Shown here: piece after piece, positions 36,753-48,146 of the stretch
How positions within the stretch are numbered: the first letter of the stretch is position 1
How the letters are laid out: the number at the start of each line of letters is the position of its first letter
From: Podarcis filfolensis
Taxonomy: Eukaryota
Direction: 5' to 3' (one strand)
Length of the DNA stretch: 64,000 nt
Assembly (NCBI GenBank): GCA_964270895.1
Contig: OZ185447.1
Program-made: the position numbers and the translations under genes
Notes under the pieces: model-generated
Seen by the model: only the letters and a program-made list of their open reading frames with translations
Database searches by the model: none
What the model was told of the DNA's origin: nothing

Positions 36753-38873
36753 TCATACGCCCTCCGGGCTCCCCGAATCGGCTTGCACCCCATCAGCCCC
36801 TCTGGGAGACCCGGGCAACAGGCGATGCACCCGCCGGTGAGAGTCCAAGTGCCCCTTCTTGCCAAAGCAGCGCCCGCAGTCCACACACTCGTAGGGCCTC
36901 TCGCCCGTGTGCAGCCTCTGGTGCTCCATGAGGTGCGTGCTTTGGGTGTAGCTCTTCCCGCAGTCGCCGCAGACGTAGGGGCGCTCGTGGGTGTGTACCC
37001 GCCGGTGGCGCGACAGGTTGGAGCTGCGCCCAAAGGCCTTGCCGCAGTCCCCGCAGGCGTAGGGTCGCTCGCCACTGTGCACCCGCCCGTGGGCCAGCAG
37101 GTCGGAGCTCTGCCCAAAGGTCTGCCCGCACACCTCGCACTTGTAGGCCTGCTGAGCTGTAGGGAGGTGCGATCGGCGGTGCCGGGCCAGCGTGGCGGCC
37201 TCAGCGAAGGATTTGCCGCAGAAGCTGCAGACGTAGGGCCGCTCGCCGCGGTGCGTGGCCCCATGCTGCTCCAGGTCGGCCAGGTCCACAAAGCGCTTCC
37301 CGCACTCCCCGCAGCGGTGGGGCCGCACGCTGCCTTCGGCGTGGGTGACGTAGTGGCGGGCCAGGTCGGGGCGGCGGGCAAAGCGGCGGCCGCACAGCGA
37401 GCAGGCGAAAGGGCGCTCGCCCAGGTGGTTCCTGCGGTGCTGCAGGAGGTTGGAGCTGGTGCTGAACTGGCGGCCGCAGTCGGGGCAGCTGTACGGCTTC
37501 TCCCCTGTGTGTGTCCGGAGGTGCTGGACGAGGGTGGGCCGGCCGGCGAAGGCTTTGCCGCAGTACTGGCAGGAGAAGGGGCGCTGCCCTGAGTGGACCT
37601 GGCGGTGGTTGGCTAGGGCCGAGTTCTGCCGGAAGGTCTGGCCGCACTCGGCACAGCGGTACGGCCGCTCCTCGGTGTGGATGCGCCGGTGCTGATTCAA
37701 GGTGGTGCGGTGCCCGAATGCCTGGCCGCAGTCAGGGCAGGAAAATGGCCGCCCGTTGACGTGGATCAGCTGGTGCTTGGTCAGGACGGAGAGGTCGGCG
37801 TAGGCCTTGCCGCACTCCCCGCACACATAGGGCCTCTCGCTCGTGTGCAGGGCCCGCTGGTGGCGGACGAGGGCCGAGCGGACTCCGAAGGCCTTGCCGC
37901 ACTCGCCGCAGACGTACGGGCGCTCGCCCCGGTGGGCCCGGAGGTGGCGGACGAGGGCCGAGGACTGCCGGAAGCGCCGCCCGCACTCTGTGCAAGCGTA
38001 CGGGAGCTCTCCGGTGTGGATAAGGCAGTGGCGGACGAGGGCAGAATGGCTGGCCAAGCTGCGGCCGCACTCGCTGCAGATGTGGCGAGGCTTGGAAGGC
38101 CGCTGCTCGGCTACCAGCGCCTGCACTGGGACAGCCCAGCCGCTGAACGCCTCCTCGTCGGAGCCGTTCCCAGAAAGAGAGCCCTGCTGAGAGTGGATTT
38201 CTTCCTGCTCCTCGCCACTGGATCCCTCCCTGGCCAGAGAACCCTCCTGGTAAACGACGGCCTCCGATTGCCCCGCAAGGTCCACTCCCCCCAGGTGAGC
38301 TGCTCCCCAGCAAGGGATCTCTTCGGACTCCTCCCCATTGGATCCCTCAGCTTCAAGGGTCATCTCAGATTCAACCCCAAGAGAGGATGCACCCTCATAA
38401 CCAACGGTCCCAGTTTCCTCCTCAGAATCCTCCCTTCCCAGAGCTGCCTCTGGACACAGAAGCAGTTGGGCTTCATCGCCACTTTCTCTGTGGTAAGCTA
38501 TTTGCTCAGATTCTTCTGCAGCAAACTCATCATCCGGCAGAGACCCCTCTGGATAGACAAACACCTCTGTGTCTTCCCCAATCTCCCCTATGACTTCCTC
38601 CACCTGGGCAGAGGGCTCCTCGACATCCTCTAAGTCAGACACGCACCCAACATCTCCTTGCTCCTCAACGAAGACCACGGAGCTGCTCTCAGAGGCTTCC
38701 TCCTGATCACGGTCTCCACGATCGTCCAAGCTACCTTCCAGCCACGGCAGGTTCTCCCACTTGGCTTGGCTGTTCCTCACCCGGAGCTCCTCCTTGGAGG
38801 ACACTCTCGAAAAGCAAGCTTCCTCTGTGGACAGAGAGCGTGTTCCCTGAAACCTCGGCTGACGGCGATCCAT
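36753..38873 (-). CDS. C2H2 zinc-finger protein, 15 fingers, acidic N-terminus (706 aa from first ATG of last exon)
   Basis: Open frame from acceptor at 38923 to TGA at 36753; 15 CxxC...HxxxH units, many with TGERP-type linkers; GAAATGG Kozak; no KRAB/SCAN exon found upstream. Confidence 0.9.
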   Translation of the reverse strand: MDRRQPRFQGTRSLSTEEACFSRVSSKEELRVRNSQAKWENLPWLEGSLDDRGDRDQEEASESSSVVFVEEQGDVGCVSDLEDVEEPSAQVEEVIGEIGEDTEVFVYPEGSLPDDEFAAEESEQIAYHRESGDEAQLLLCPEAALGREDSEEETGTVGYEGASSLGVESEMTLEAEGSNGEESEEIPCWGAAHLGGVDLAGQSEAVVYQEGSLAREGSSGEEQEEIHSQQGSLSGNGSDEEAFSGWAVPVQALVAEQRPSKPRHICSECGRSLASHSALVRHCLIHTGELPYACTECGRRFRQSSALVRHLRAHRGERPYVCGECGKAFGVRSALVRHQRALHTSERPYVCGECGKAYADLSVLTKHQLIHVNGRPFSCPDCGQAFGHRTTLNQHRRIHTEERPYRCAECGQTFRQNSALANHRQVHSGQRPFSCQYCGKAFAGRPTLVQHLRTHTGEKPYSCPDCGRQFSTSSNLLQHRRNHLGERPFACSLCGRRFARRPDLARHYVTHAEGSVRPHRCGECGKRFVDLADLEQHGATHRGERPYVCSFCGKSFAEAATLARHRRSHLPTAQQAYKCEVCGQTFGQSSDLLAHGRVHSGERPYACGDCGKAFGRSSNLSRHRRVHTHERPYVCGDCGKSYTQSTHLMEHQRLHTGERPYECVDCGRCFGKKGHLDSHRRVHRLLPGSPRGADGVQADSGSPEGV

Positions 38874-38972
38874 TTCTTGCTGGGGATGGTTCTCTTCATC
38901 CTCAGTTACAATCCCAGTTCGTCCTGGAGGGAGGGGGGAGAGAGAGAGAGAGATAAGCACAGCTCAGGAATA

Positions 38973-39159
38973 CAGTGGTACCTCGGGTTACAGATGCTTC
39001 AGGTTACAGACTCTGCTACCCCAGAAATAGTACCTCAGGTTAAGAACTTTGCTTCAAGATGAGAACAGAAATCGCACAGTGGCAGCGAGAGGCCCCATTA
39101 GCTTCAGGTTAAGAACGGACCTCCGGAACGAATTAAGTTCGTAACCCGAGGTACCACTG
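38973..39159. mobile_element. Tigger-like MITE
   Basis: TIRs CAGTGGTACCTCGGGTTAC/GTAACCCGAGGTACCACTG, TA TSD. Confidence 0.85.
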
Positions 39160-40534
39160 TACTAAAATACATTAAAGTCTTCCTAAGCAGTTGCACTATG
39201 CAATTCCCTCACAACAGGGTAAGTACAGAGTCCTCACTCATCAGGAATTTGGGGATGGGCTTCTAGATCAGAGGCTGAGGTTTGCTGCCCTCACGCTCAG
39301 CTTGTTGGTTTTCTGGGAATCATCTATCTGACCATCACCAAAAACAGGATAACTGATTTGATGGACCACTGCTCTGATCTAGCAGGGCTCTCCTTTCTGC
39401 AACGAGCTTAGCTAACTTTGAGTACAAATACACCTATTACTGTGGTTCTGTGCAGTGAGATTGATGGGTGATCAAGCACTTGACAAATGGCCTGGATCTA
39501 TTATCCTCAGTGGTGCCAGCCTTTGGAATGCAGCACCCACCAGCATTCGGAGGGGCAGGCAGAAAAATGTGGGGGTTTTTGCAGTTTGAGTGTGGGCAGA
39601 GGAAGAACTGTGTGTTGACTGAAGGTGAAGGAAAACTTTCTTTATTCAAGAACCTGAGATCAAAGACTGTGGTACTTGTTTTAATGAACCTGCTTGCAAA
39701 ATGCACTGTTTGCATAACCTTAAGCAAAACAGACACCCAAAAGGTGAGACACTATAAACCTCCAGTACTCTCTTCTCTTGTGCAAAGGAAATTAAAACTG
39801 CTATACTCACTTAACTGAGAGTAAGACCAACTATAAAATCAGTAAGGTTCACTTCCAAGTATAGGATTGCACTGTTAAGTCCTGTACAGCTATCTTTGCT
39901 TGGGGGAAACAGGGCAAAATTACCAGTGGGAGCCACAACAAAATGTTGCAGTTTAGGAGCATACTTTTCCAGTGTGTGAGTCAAACCAGCCAGGCCATCA
40001 TTTCCTATGCTCCATTCCGTTTCCCCTCACTTGGTTTTCTCCCTCCCTCATTGAATCATAGAGCTGGAAGGAATCTCAGCCAGCATTCTGTGGCCATTTA
40101 GCACACTCAATCCTTACTGAGCTATTTCCCACACCTTAGGCTTCTTTTTAATGTACTTTTACAAACTTGGGGGGGAGGTGTTCATCCAAACCTGCTGATA
40201 TTTCCCCTGTTCTGAGTTGTTCTTTTGACTTCAATAAGCAATAGCAATCAAAGTCAGCACTTGCAGGGGGAGAAGAATCAGTGGTGCTGTTTCCTCAGAC
40301 TTCCAACATGCACAGCTCCTCACATTATCCTGCAAATAGGCAGGAACCCCCTCAATCTCACACACAAAGACCATGCAAAGAACCTTGCAGGATCAAACAA
40401 AGCACCCACGTAGTCTTGCACCCAGTTCCCCACACTGGACAAGATCTTACTGGGAAGCCCAGAAGCAAGAGATGGGCAATGATACATGCAAATGCAAACA
40501 AACACACCATCATTTGCCTCCTGCCAACTCATAT

Positions 40535-40798
40535 TCGGAGGTGAGGTTACAGGGAACCAGGCAGAGGGCCTTCTCGGTAGTGACGCCTGTCCTGTGGAAC
40601 GCCCTCCCATCAGATGTCAAAGAAATAAACAACAATCTGACTTTTAGAAGACCTCTGAAGGCAGCCCTGTTTAGGGAAGTTTTTAATGTTTGATGTTTTA
40701 TTGTATTTAATTTTTTTATTCTGTTGAGAGCCGCCCAGAGTGGCTGGGGATGGGTGGGGTATAAATTTATCATCATCATCATCATTATTATTATTATT
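40535..40798 (+). mobile_element. L2 3' fragment
   Basis: Recurring L2 end with microsatellite tail. Confidence 0.85.
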
Positions 40799-41788
40799 CA
40801 GAGGTATCCTACGCCCAAACAAGCCCATTCAGCAATGGCTACCTCTCTTTCTCTAATCCCAACAGCAACTACTGAACTGACATTCTGGGAGCTGTAGATT
40901 GTTAGCGATGCTGAGCGTTATCTGGAGATCCCTGTACCTGAGCTACAATTCCCACCCAGGGCAGTTTAACGACCAATCCATCTCCCGGGAGCTCTGGAAA
41001 TTGCAGCTTTGGGAGGGGAACAGGGGCCTCCTATCAACTTTCAGCACCTTAACAAACTACATCTCCCAGGAGCCTTTTGGGGAAAGCCATGACTACTTAA
41101 ATTGGTATCTCAGGGCTTGAAAGGTATGTTGGGGATGTGGCCCAACACCTCCCTTTGTTCTCAAATTAGCTTGCACAGCTGAATGCAGCTATCCTCCTTG
41201 GGGCAGCCTAGCTTGCATCCTTCCATAGCATTAGAATGTTTGTATTGTATGCTCGTTTTGTGTCTATTTTAAGATATCTTCTTGTTTAATAAAGTTTATT
41301 TTTTTAAAAAAGGAATGCAAAAAAAAAAGGATGGGTACCCAATAGATGGAAAGCACACGTCAAAAGCCTTGTCACCCCAAAATGCAAATCCATAGCACAC
41401 AAGAGACCATCTATAACGAAACAGCAAAACACTCGTACACAACGGACTCCCTATACCACAGCTTTAAAGTAATTCTGGCATTATTATTATTCTTTGCATT
41501 AAACCAATCCGAAATTCAACATTTGGAAAACCTCCCCAAATATGGTGAAAACCATTTTGGAGGCGAGCTTCCAGAACGATTTAACTCCTCCCCGAGGTAT
41601 TTTGCTACCCATGCCTTGTTTTATTTGCAATTAAGGTCGTATGGATAAAATAAAAGACTCATTAACCATAACGGGATTGGGATTCATATAAAGAACACAG
41701 ACCCGTTATTTTTTAAAATTAAAAAAAAACAAACCATTTAACCTTTCGCTAAAATCTTCGCCGTTCACGAATTCTCACGATAGCACTT

Positions 41789-42023
41789 ACCCAACTCGGT
41801 TTCAAATCCATCCCATCTTTCGGAATAAATGCAACGAAAAAGAAAAGGGAAAGTGACGGAGAAGTAGGTTTTTTTATTTTTATTTTTTCAAAGTAAGAGA
41901 TCCAAAACCATCAGCACCCAAACCGAGATGGAAATAGCCAGCTTCTTCTGTGGAGTCCGTTTCCTTTGCAAGGGAGCCTGGGAAACGAAATGGTAAAAAG
42001 AGCATTCTGGGAGTTGTAGTTTC
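41789..42023 (-). promoter_or_regulatory. Probable promoter/non-coding first exon of the 36.7-38.9 kb ZNF gene
   Basis: Strong donor TGG|GTAAGT at 41789, locally elevated CpG, ACTACAACTCCCAGAATGC (ZNF143/THAP11-type motif) at 42002-42020. Confidence 0.5.
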
Positions 42024-42837
42024 CTTTTTAACCTCCCCCCCCTTAAAGAAACAAGCTATTTTATCATTCGTTACATTTATTAACTGCATTTTTTAAAAAA
42101 AATCTTTATTGAATGTTCAAAAAGTACATAATTATATAGGCACTAAACATGGTAAGATGTAAATAAAAGAGAGAAAAACAAAAACAAAAACAGCACCAGT
42201 GTAGAAGGGAAAATAAGGAGGGAAAGGGGGAAAACCCCAAACTATAAGTTGTTATTGTACTTTACCACATCTTAACCTATGACAGTATTTGTAAGAATGG
42301 GTTCCAATTAATTGCATTTTTTAATTTTAATTTTCCTATGCAGCGGGAAGTCATTTTTAGCCATTGCAAAAGATGAGACTGAAATAATAAAGATTTCTGA
42401 AACTTTTTTTTTTTAACCCACCATAGCTGCTTGCTTCCTTTATGCAGCAGCTCTGCAACCCTGAAGAGTTACAGCCCATCAGAATAGACAGCACTGACCA
42501 ATGGTTTGGCTGCAGACTTCTCACAAAACTACAATTCCCAGAATCCCTTGCTGGGGAATCAGTAGGCTGGAAGTTGCTGCATGGTCGCTTGCAGAGCACC
42601 AAGTATCCTAGATTTCCCGTGGCTTCATGCCATCCCAGCTTTGTATTGCGGAACCTAGATTGTAACAGGTTTGTATGGAGAAAACACAGGAATATTCCTG
42701 TTCTGTACATCCCTGGGCATCTCCTGCTCTGAGCTTGTGTCCGCATCACAATGCAGGCCAGGCTCCTGAACCGCCTTCCGATTCTCTGCAGGGTGCAAGG
42801 CAGCCAAGCCTACTGGCTGAAGTGTATATAAATCAGA

Positions 42838-42988
42838 GCCTTTTCAGACATCTGAAGCCAGTCCTGTTTAGGGAAGTTTTTAATGTTTGATGTTTTATCG
42901 TGTTTTTAATATTCTGTTGGGAGCTGCCCAGCGTGGCTGGGGAGGCCTGGGGTATAAATAATACATTATTATTATTATTATTATTATT
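42838..42988 (+). mobile_element. L2 3' end
   Basis: Recurring L2 end. Confidence 0.8.
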
Positions 42989-42990
42989 TG

Positions 42991-43123
42991 GTTGGACAGT
43001 GTTCTCAAAGCTACCAGCATGAGTTTGACCAAACTGCGGGAGGCAGTGGAAGACAGGAGTGCCTGGCGTGCTCTGGTCCAGGGGGTCACGAAGAGTCAGA
43101 CACGACTAAACAACTAAACAACA
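42991..43123 (+). mobile_element. RTE-BovB 3' end
   Basis: AAACTGCGGGAGGCAGTGGAAGACAGGAGTGCCTGGCGTGCTCTGGTCCAGGGGGTCACGAAGAGTCAGACACGACTAAAC with (CAA)n tail. Confidence 0.8.
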
Positions 43124-43334
43124 ACATCATCATCATCATCATTATTATTATTATTATTCTCTGTTTCCCCCAGTCTGTTCCTGAGATCTCCATAAAGCCT
43201 TTAAGCTGAATCACTGCCTCGGGTGAACTGCCGGGGATCTGTCACCTCAGCTGAATCGCCGCTGAAGACTTGTCGCCTTATCCACCTGGAATCACTGACC
43301 GCAGCCGCAAGGCCGGGCACACAAAGCAGATCTC

Positions 43335-44010
43335 ATGGCCACCCAGAGCCACATCAAAATGGGACAGTCCCAAGGAAATGGGACTACTACACCACACGAA
43401 TCGAGTTTTTCCTCGCAGTCAATCAGGTGATCTAGCCTGAACGGAAGTGGGTCACACTGTTCAGTGTGTGTGGACCTGCCATGTTCGAGATCACCCAGGG
43501 TCTATTAGCCCTGGCCCAGCTGACCAAGACTCCGTTTGACACAATAATGGAGAAGCTGAGGGCACACGTCGCTCCTCAGCTGTCAGAGATCGCCTGCCGG
43601 CATGCCTTCTACAGACAGGACCAGGCCCCAGGTGAATCCATAGGGGCCTTTGTTGCGGCCGGCCGCCTACCACTACAACTTCAGTGACCTGCACGTAATG
43701 CTCCATGACCGTCTTGTGTGCGGCCTGAGGGACAAGAAGCTACAATGGCGCCTTTTAGCCATGAAGGACCTGACCATCCAGGTTGCTCCGCCTCATGGCA
43801 GAGACAGCCGACAAGATGAGGAGAGGGGCTCGCCAAGCACACAGCCCATCTATGGCCCAGAAGGCCGAGGCTGTGCTCTCAGAGGTTATTGACAGTGAGG
43901 AAGGCGAGGAGGTCCCAAGACCGCGCACTGGCATCATGCCATTTCCGCAATGCCCAGTGCCAGGCATGTGGGAAGACCAGCCATATTGCACGCACCTGCC
44001 GAGCAAAGGA
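43335..44010 (+). pseudogene. Degraded Ty3/Gypsy gag relic
   Basis: Frameshifted pieces WDYYTTRIEFFLAVN, HAFYRQDQAPGESIGAFVAA, LHDRLVCGLRDKKLQWRLL and CCHC knuckle CQACGKTSHIARTC. Confidence 0.8.
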
Positions 44011-44609
44011 GCAGCTTGAACTCACATATACTTCAGTTCCAACTCTACAATTCTCTGATTCTGTGTGTTGCATTGTATGATATTTGCATTGACATTTAGC
44101 GTTTGTATGGCAATACAGTAAAAGGGTTTGGGTTGCAAAGGATCTTTCTCTGCTGCCATAATTTGAACTTTGAACACCACAGGATATCAGGTTTGGTCCA
44201 GCTCTCCATTCCCTACCCCGGTTCCAGCCTGATGAACAGCTCTGTGGAACTGAAAAGCTTGCACACCATTTCACATTTTGGTTGGGCCTAGTAAAGATTT
44301 TGGAATGCATAGCACTGGCCTGTGAGCAGATTAATTGGTTATAGTTACAAACCTTTGAAAGCAGACCTAGGAATAAGCCTCACTGAACATAGTAACTCTT
44401 GCTTCTGAGTAAACATGCATAGGCCTGGGCTGTAAACCAGCATACATCTATTTGCATGAGAGAGGAAAAATAGCTTTTTTCTCTTTTAATAAAGAGGTGG
44501 CATGGCTGCTGACTATGCTGTTATTTTTAAAACCAGGACAGAGGGTAGCTCTTTTGCCTTTCAAAATAGCTTTATGTCAATTAATCAACTAAAAACCACA
44601 GCCCTATTA

Positions 44610-44865
44610 CAGTCATACCTCAGGATAAATACGCTTCAGGTTGAGCGCTTTCAGGTTGCGCTCCGCGGTGACCCGGAAGTAATGGAGCATGTTACTTCCA
44701 GGTTTCACTGCTCGCACATGCACAGGCGGTCAAAATGACGTCACACGCATGCGCAGAAGCGGCGAAACTCCACCCACACACAGGCGCGCTGTCGCGTCTT
44801 ACGTTCTGTTTGAGATGCGAACGGGGCTCCAGAACGGATCCCATTCACATCCCGAGGTACCACCG
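44610..44865. mobile_element. Tigger-like MITE
   Basis: CAGTCATACCTC...GAGGTACCACCG ends with TA flanks. Confidence 0.7.
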
Positions 44866-47800
44866 TATATCAGTTAATCAACAACAAAAACAGCAGCCCT
44901 GGTATGTTTGTTTTTAATCTGTGCCCCCTTCACTTTTATATGCAAAACCGGAGGAAGTAATAATAACGCCAACACAAAACAATCTGAATAAACCAATCTT
45001 GAGTTTGTATTAGTCTCAGGGTTGATACATTCCTAGAATTACAGAGAAAATTCAGTGACAAACCACAGAATTGAATCCATCAAGGGGAGGGGAAAAACCA
45101 TCCTTGGACAGGGAAGAGGTAAGGAATCTTTGCTACCACAACCCCTTCAAAACTAACAGTCGCAGACATAAATATATGGAGAGATTCCTAGAGAGTTATC
45201 ATTTGGATGCTACAGGAGACATTTTCGGTGGGGGACGGGGAGATGAGATGTTCGCCCTGAGTTACAAAAGATGAGTGCTTAAGGCTACAATCCAGCACAC
45301 ACTTACTTAGGAGTACCCCCCCCCCTGAACAAAGCGGGGCTTACTTCTGAGTAGACAGGCCTAGGATTGCGCTGCTGGAAACAAAGAGGACAGCCCCAGC
45401 AAACAAGGCTGGGGAGGAAAGGAAGATGATGAGGCTGAAGGAAAGGGTGGAGGGAAACACAAGGAAAAGTATTGATTGAATTAACACTCAATTATATCCC
45501 GCTCAGGAGATGCAGAAAGCTTCCAGTGGTCTCTCTTCCAAGCCAGGGGCAGCTGAAGGTACATTTGACCAGCCTGCACTGGGCACCTCATTCTCCATGT
45601 CACAAAGGATTCTGGGACACGCCGTCTTCTGTTCTGCATCTGGGCTCTGCACGAGAAACCAAGGTTTGCATGCTGCTTCAGAGATGCCTTTTTAACCGGT
45701 CCACCTTCGGCAGCTACTAAGCCTGCCTGTACAATCGTGCAGGTCCCTGATGAAGCCACACGGAAGGCCCATTGCAGGAGATCTTTGCAGTGCTACAACA
45801 AGAAGCAACCCACACGTACAAACAACGGTTCAAATGGCGCCCGTCTTCATTGGAAGTTCAGAAAATAGCAAGAACGATGCAGCAAAGGATGCATCAGGAT
45901 TGCTCCCTGCTTATCTAGAGTAGCCTCATTTAACCATAGAGGGAACAGGCCAGGAGCCTGCGTAGGTTCGACTCAAGTACATTGTGGGTTGAAGGATGAG
46001 GACAACACTGTGAACTATTGCTGTGGGTGGCTTAGAGGAGCTTCAGTCTCAATGAACGTGTAAACTGGCTAGTTCTATGTAGCAGCGGTGGGGAACCTCT
46101 GGTCCTCCAGATACTGCTGAACTACGTCTCCCATCAGCCCCAGTGTGAATGGCCAATAGTCCATGGGAGTCGTAGTCCCAACAGCATCTGGATAACCAAA
46201 GCTTCCCCACCCTTGCTCTACATTTTCCAAGGTGGGTCTTGTACACTGTGCTGGAATCTACCCATGTCACGGCTGGTCTCATTGTCCATGCTACTAAGCT
46301 CTCCATCTTACTATGGGTATCATGTGACCAGGAGTTCCACCTGACGCAAGCAGCCAATTTTTCTGCTTTGTCAAGGATCGCGCCTCAGCTCACTTGAATA
46401 GGTGAGGTAGATGCCAGCACCAGGGAAGAAGTTTAAAATCAAAGCTGTGCCAGGGTAAGGGAGATCTGTTTGTTTGCTTGCTTGCTTGCTTGCTTGCTTG
46501 CAGTGTATTAGGAAAAACCTAACAGCACATTCCTACTCCGAAGTGAGCCCCACTGAATTAAATGGGCCCTGCTCCCGTTTAAAGGAAGTCTAGAAACCCA
46601 GACAGATAGGCAGGGTATAAATAATAAATTATTATTATTACTATTATTATTATTATAGGATTGCAAACAGGTAAGAAAAGGATTCATAGCTATGAACAGC
46701 ATTCAGAGATTCAGATGGGGCAAGTTAAGAGTCTGCTGCCATATATTTCCTGTGTCAGGGAATTCCACAGATTGTGTCTGTCTTTGAGGATTACTACTTT
46801 ATCAACTCTACAGCACTTTCTATGGGCAAAGACCTCGACGTGGATTGGTGAGGTAGACGTTGGCACTGAATGACTGAGCAAACCTAAAATGTACAGGGAC
46901 GGGGAGTATTTTTTTTTTTTGTTTTTAAATCTAACTAGGAACCCCCTCTCCCCACAGAAAAAGAAATACAACCAGTAGAAGTCAGAGATACATTGAGGGT
47001 GCAGAAATATGGAGAACCTGCTTTACTTAAGATGTGCCAAGTAGATCCTATCTCTTCACACATGTACACAGGAACCCATTTCTGATCATCAGTGTTTTCA
47101 CCTGAAAGTAGACTGGGTGGAACAGTGGAAATGTGAGGTTAGAGGAAAGCTGGTGGGTGGGAGGAGACAGGCTGCCAACGAAATATCCTGGTTTACTTGA
47201 TGCCATGTACTGGGAAGCAAGCATGTCATGGAAGGAGGAAGCAAACTCACATTCAAAGACCTAAAACCACCCTCAGCATCCTGCTAAGTGTGGTCAGAAC
47301 AGAGAAGCAACCACAAGTGGCAAGCAGGAGTAGACACAGAACGTACCCCAATGAGCCATTCCAGTATGTTGTATTTTCAGGTGATTTAAAAAACAAAACA
47401 AAAAAACCTCCTATCTCACCTTATTTCACAAAGTCTGTCTGCATTGGAATAGCTCTTATAGGAAATACCCCCCAAAAAAATTGCAGGGGGAGAAAGATGG
47501 ACTTTGGAAACTAGCCCTCCCACTAGATACAGAAACACAGAGAGAAACCGTTCCACTTTTTGTACAAGGCCACCTGCTGTCAGCTCCTGGCTAATTCCAT
47601 GTTTTAAAGGGGGGGGGGGACTAAGCTGAAGCTATCAAGGTGTTGCTAGGACTTCAATTCCCATCAGCCCCAGCAGGCATGGTCAGGAATGATGGGAGCT
47701 GTAGTCCAGCAACATCCGGAGGACCACAAGCTTAGCTACCCTTCAAAGAGACTTGAGCTCATCTGATTCAGAGGGAAAACCAGGGATGAACGAAGGGAAA

Positions 47801-48146
47801 AATACCTGAAAAGGAGGAAGAGCCACTGTGTATTTTGCTGGTAAAGAACCTCGAGGGTTTCCCCAACTTGCATTGTTTGCTGCAGCACCTCCCGTTTCGA
47901 TTCTGCGCATCTGCACAGACCCCCCACCCTAATAATAATAATAATAATGTCCGTAGTATCTTCTCTCCATCGAGGGCATGTCTCCAACCCTGGGCAGACT
48001 GAGTTGCCCCAGTTTACCCCTATGTACACCCCCACCCTCAGCTTTGACCATCGAACAGGGGGTGGGGAGCGTGACAGAAGACAGAGCATCACAGGTCACA
48101 CCTGCCTGGTACTGACCAAATTCCACCGAGACAATCCCCCAGGGCT

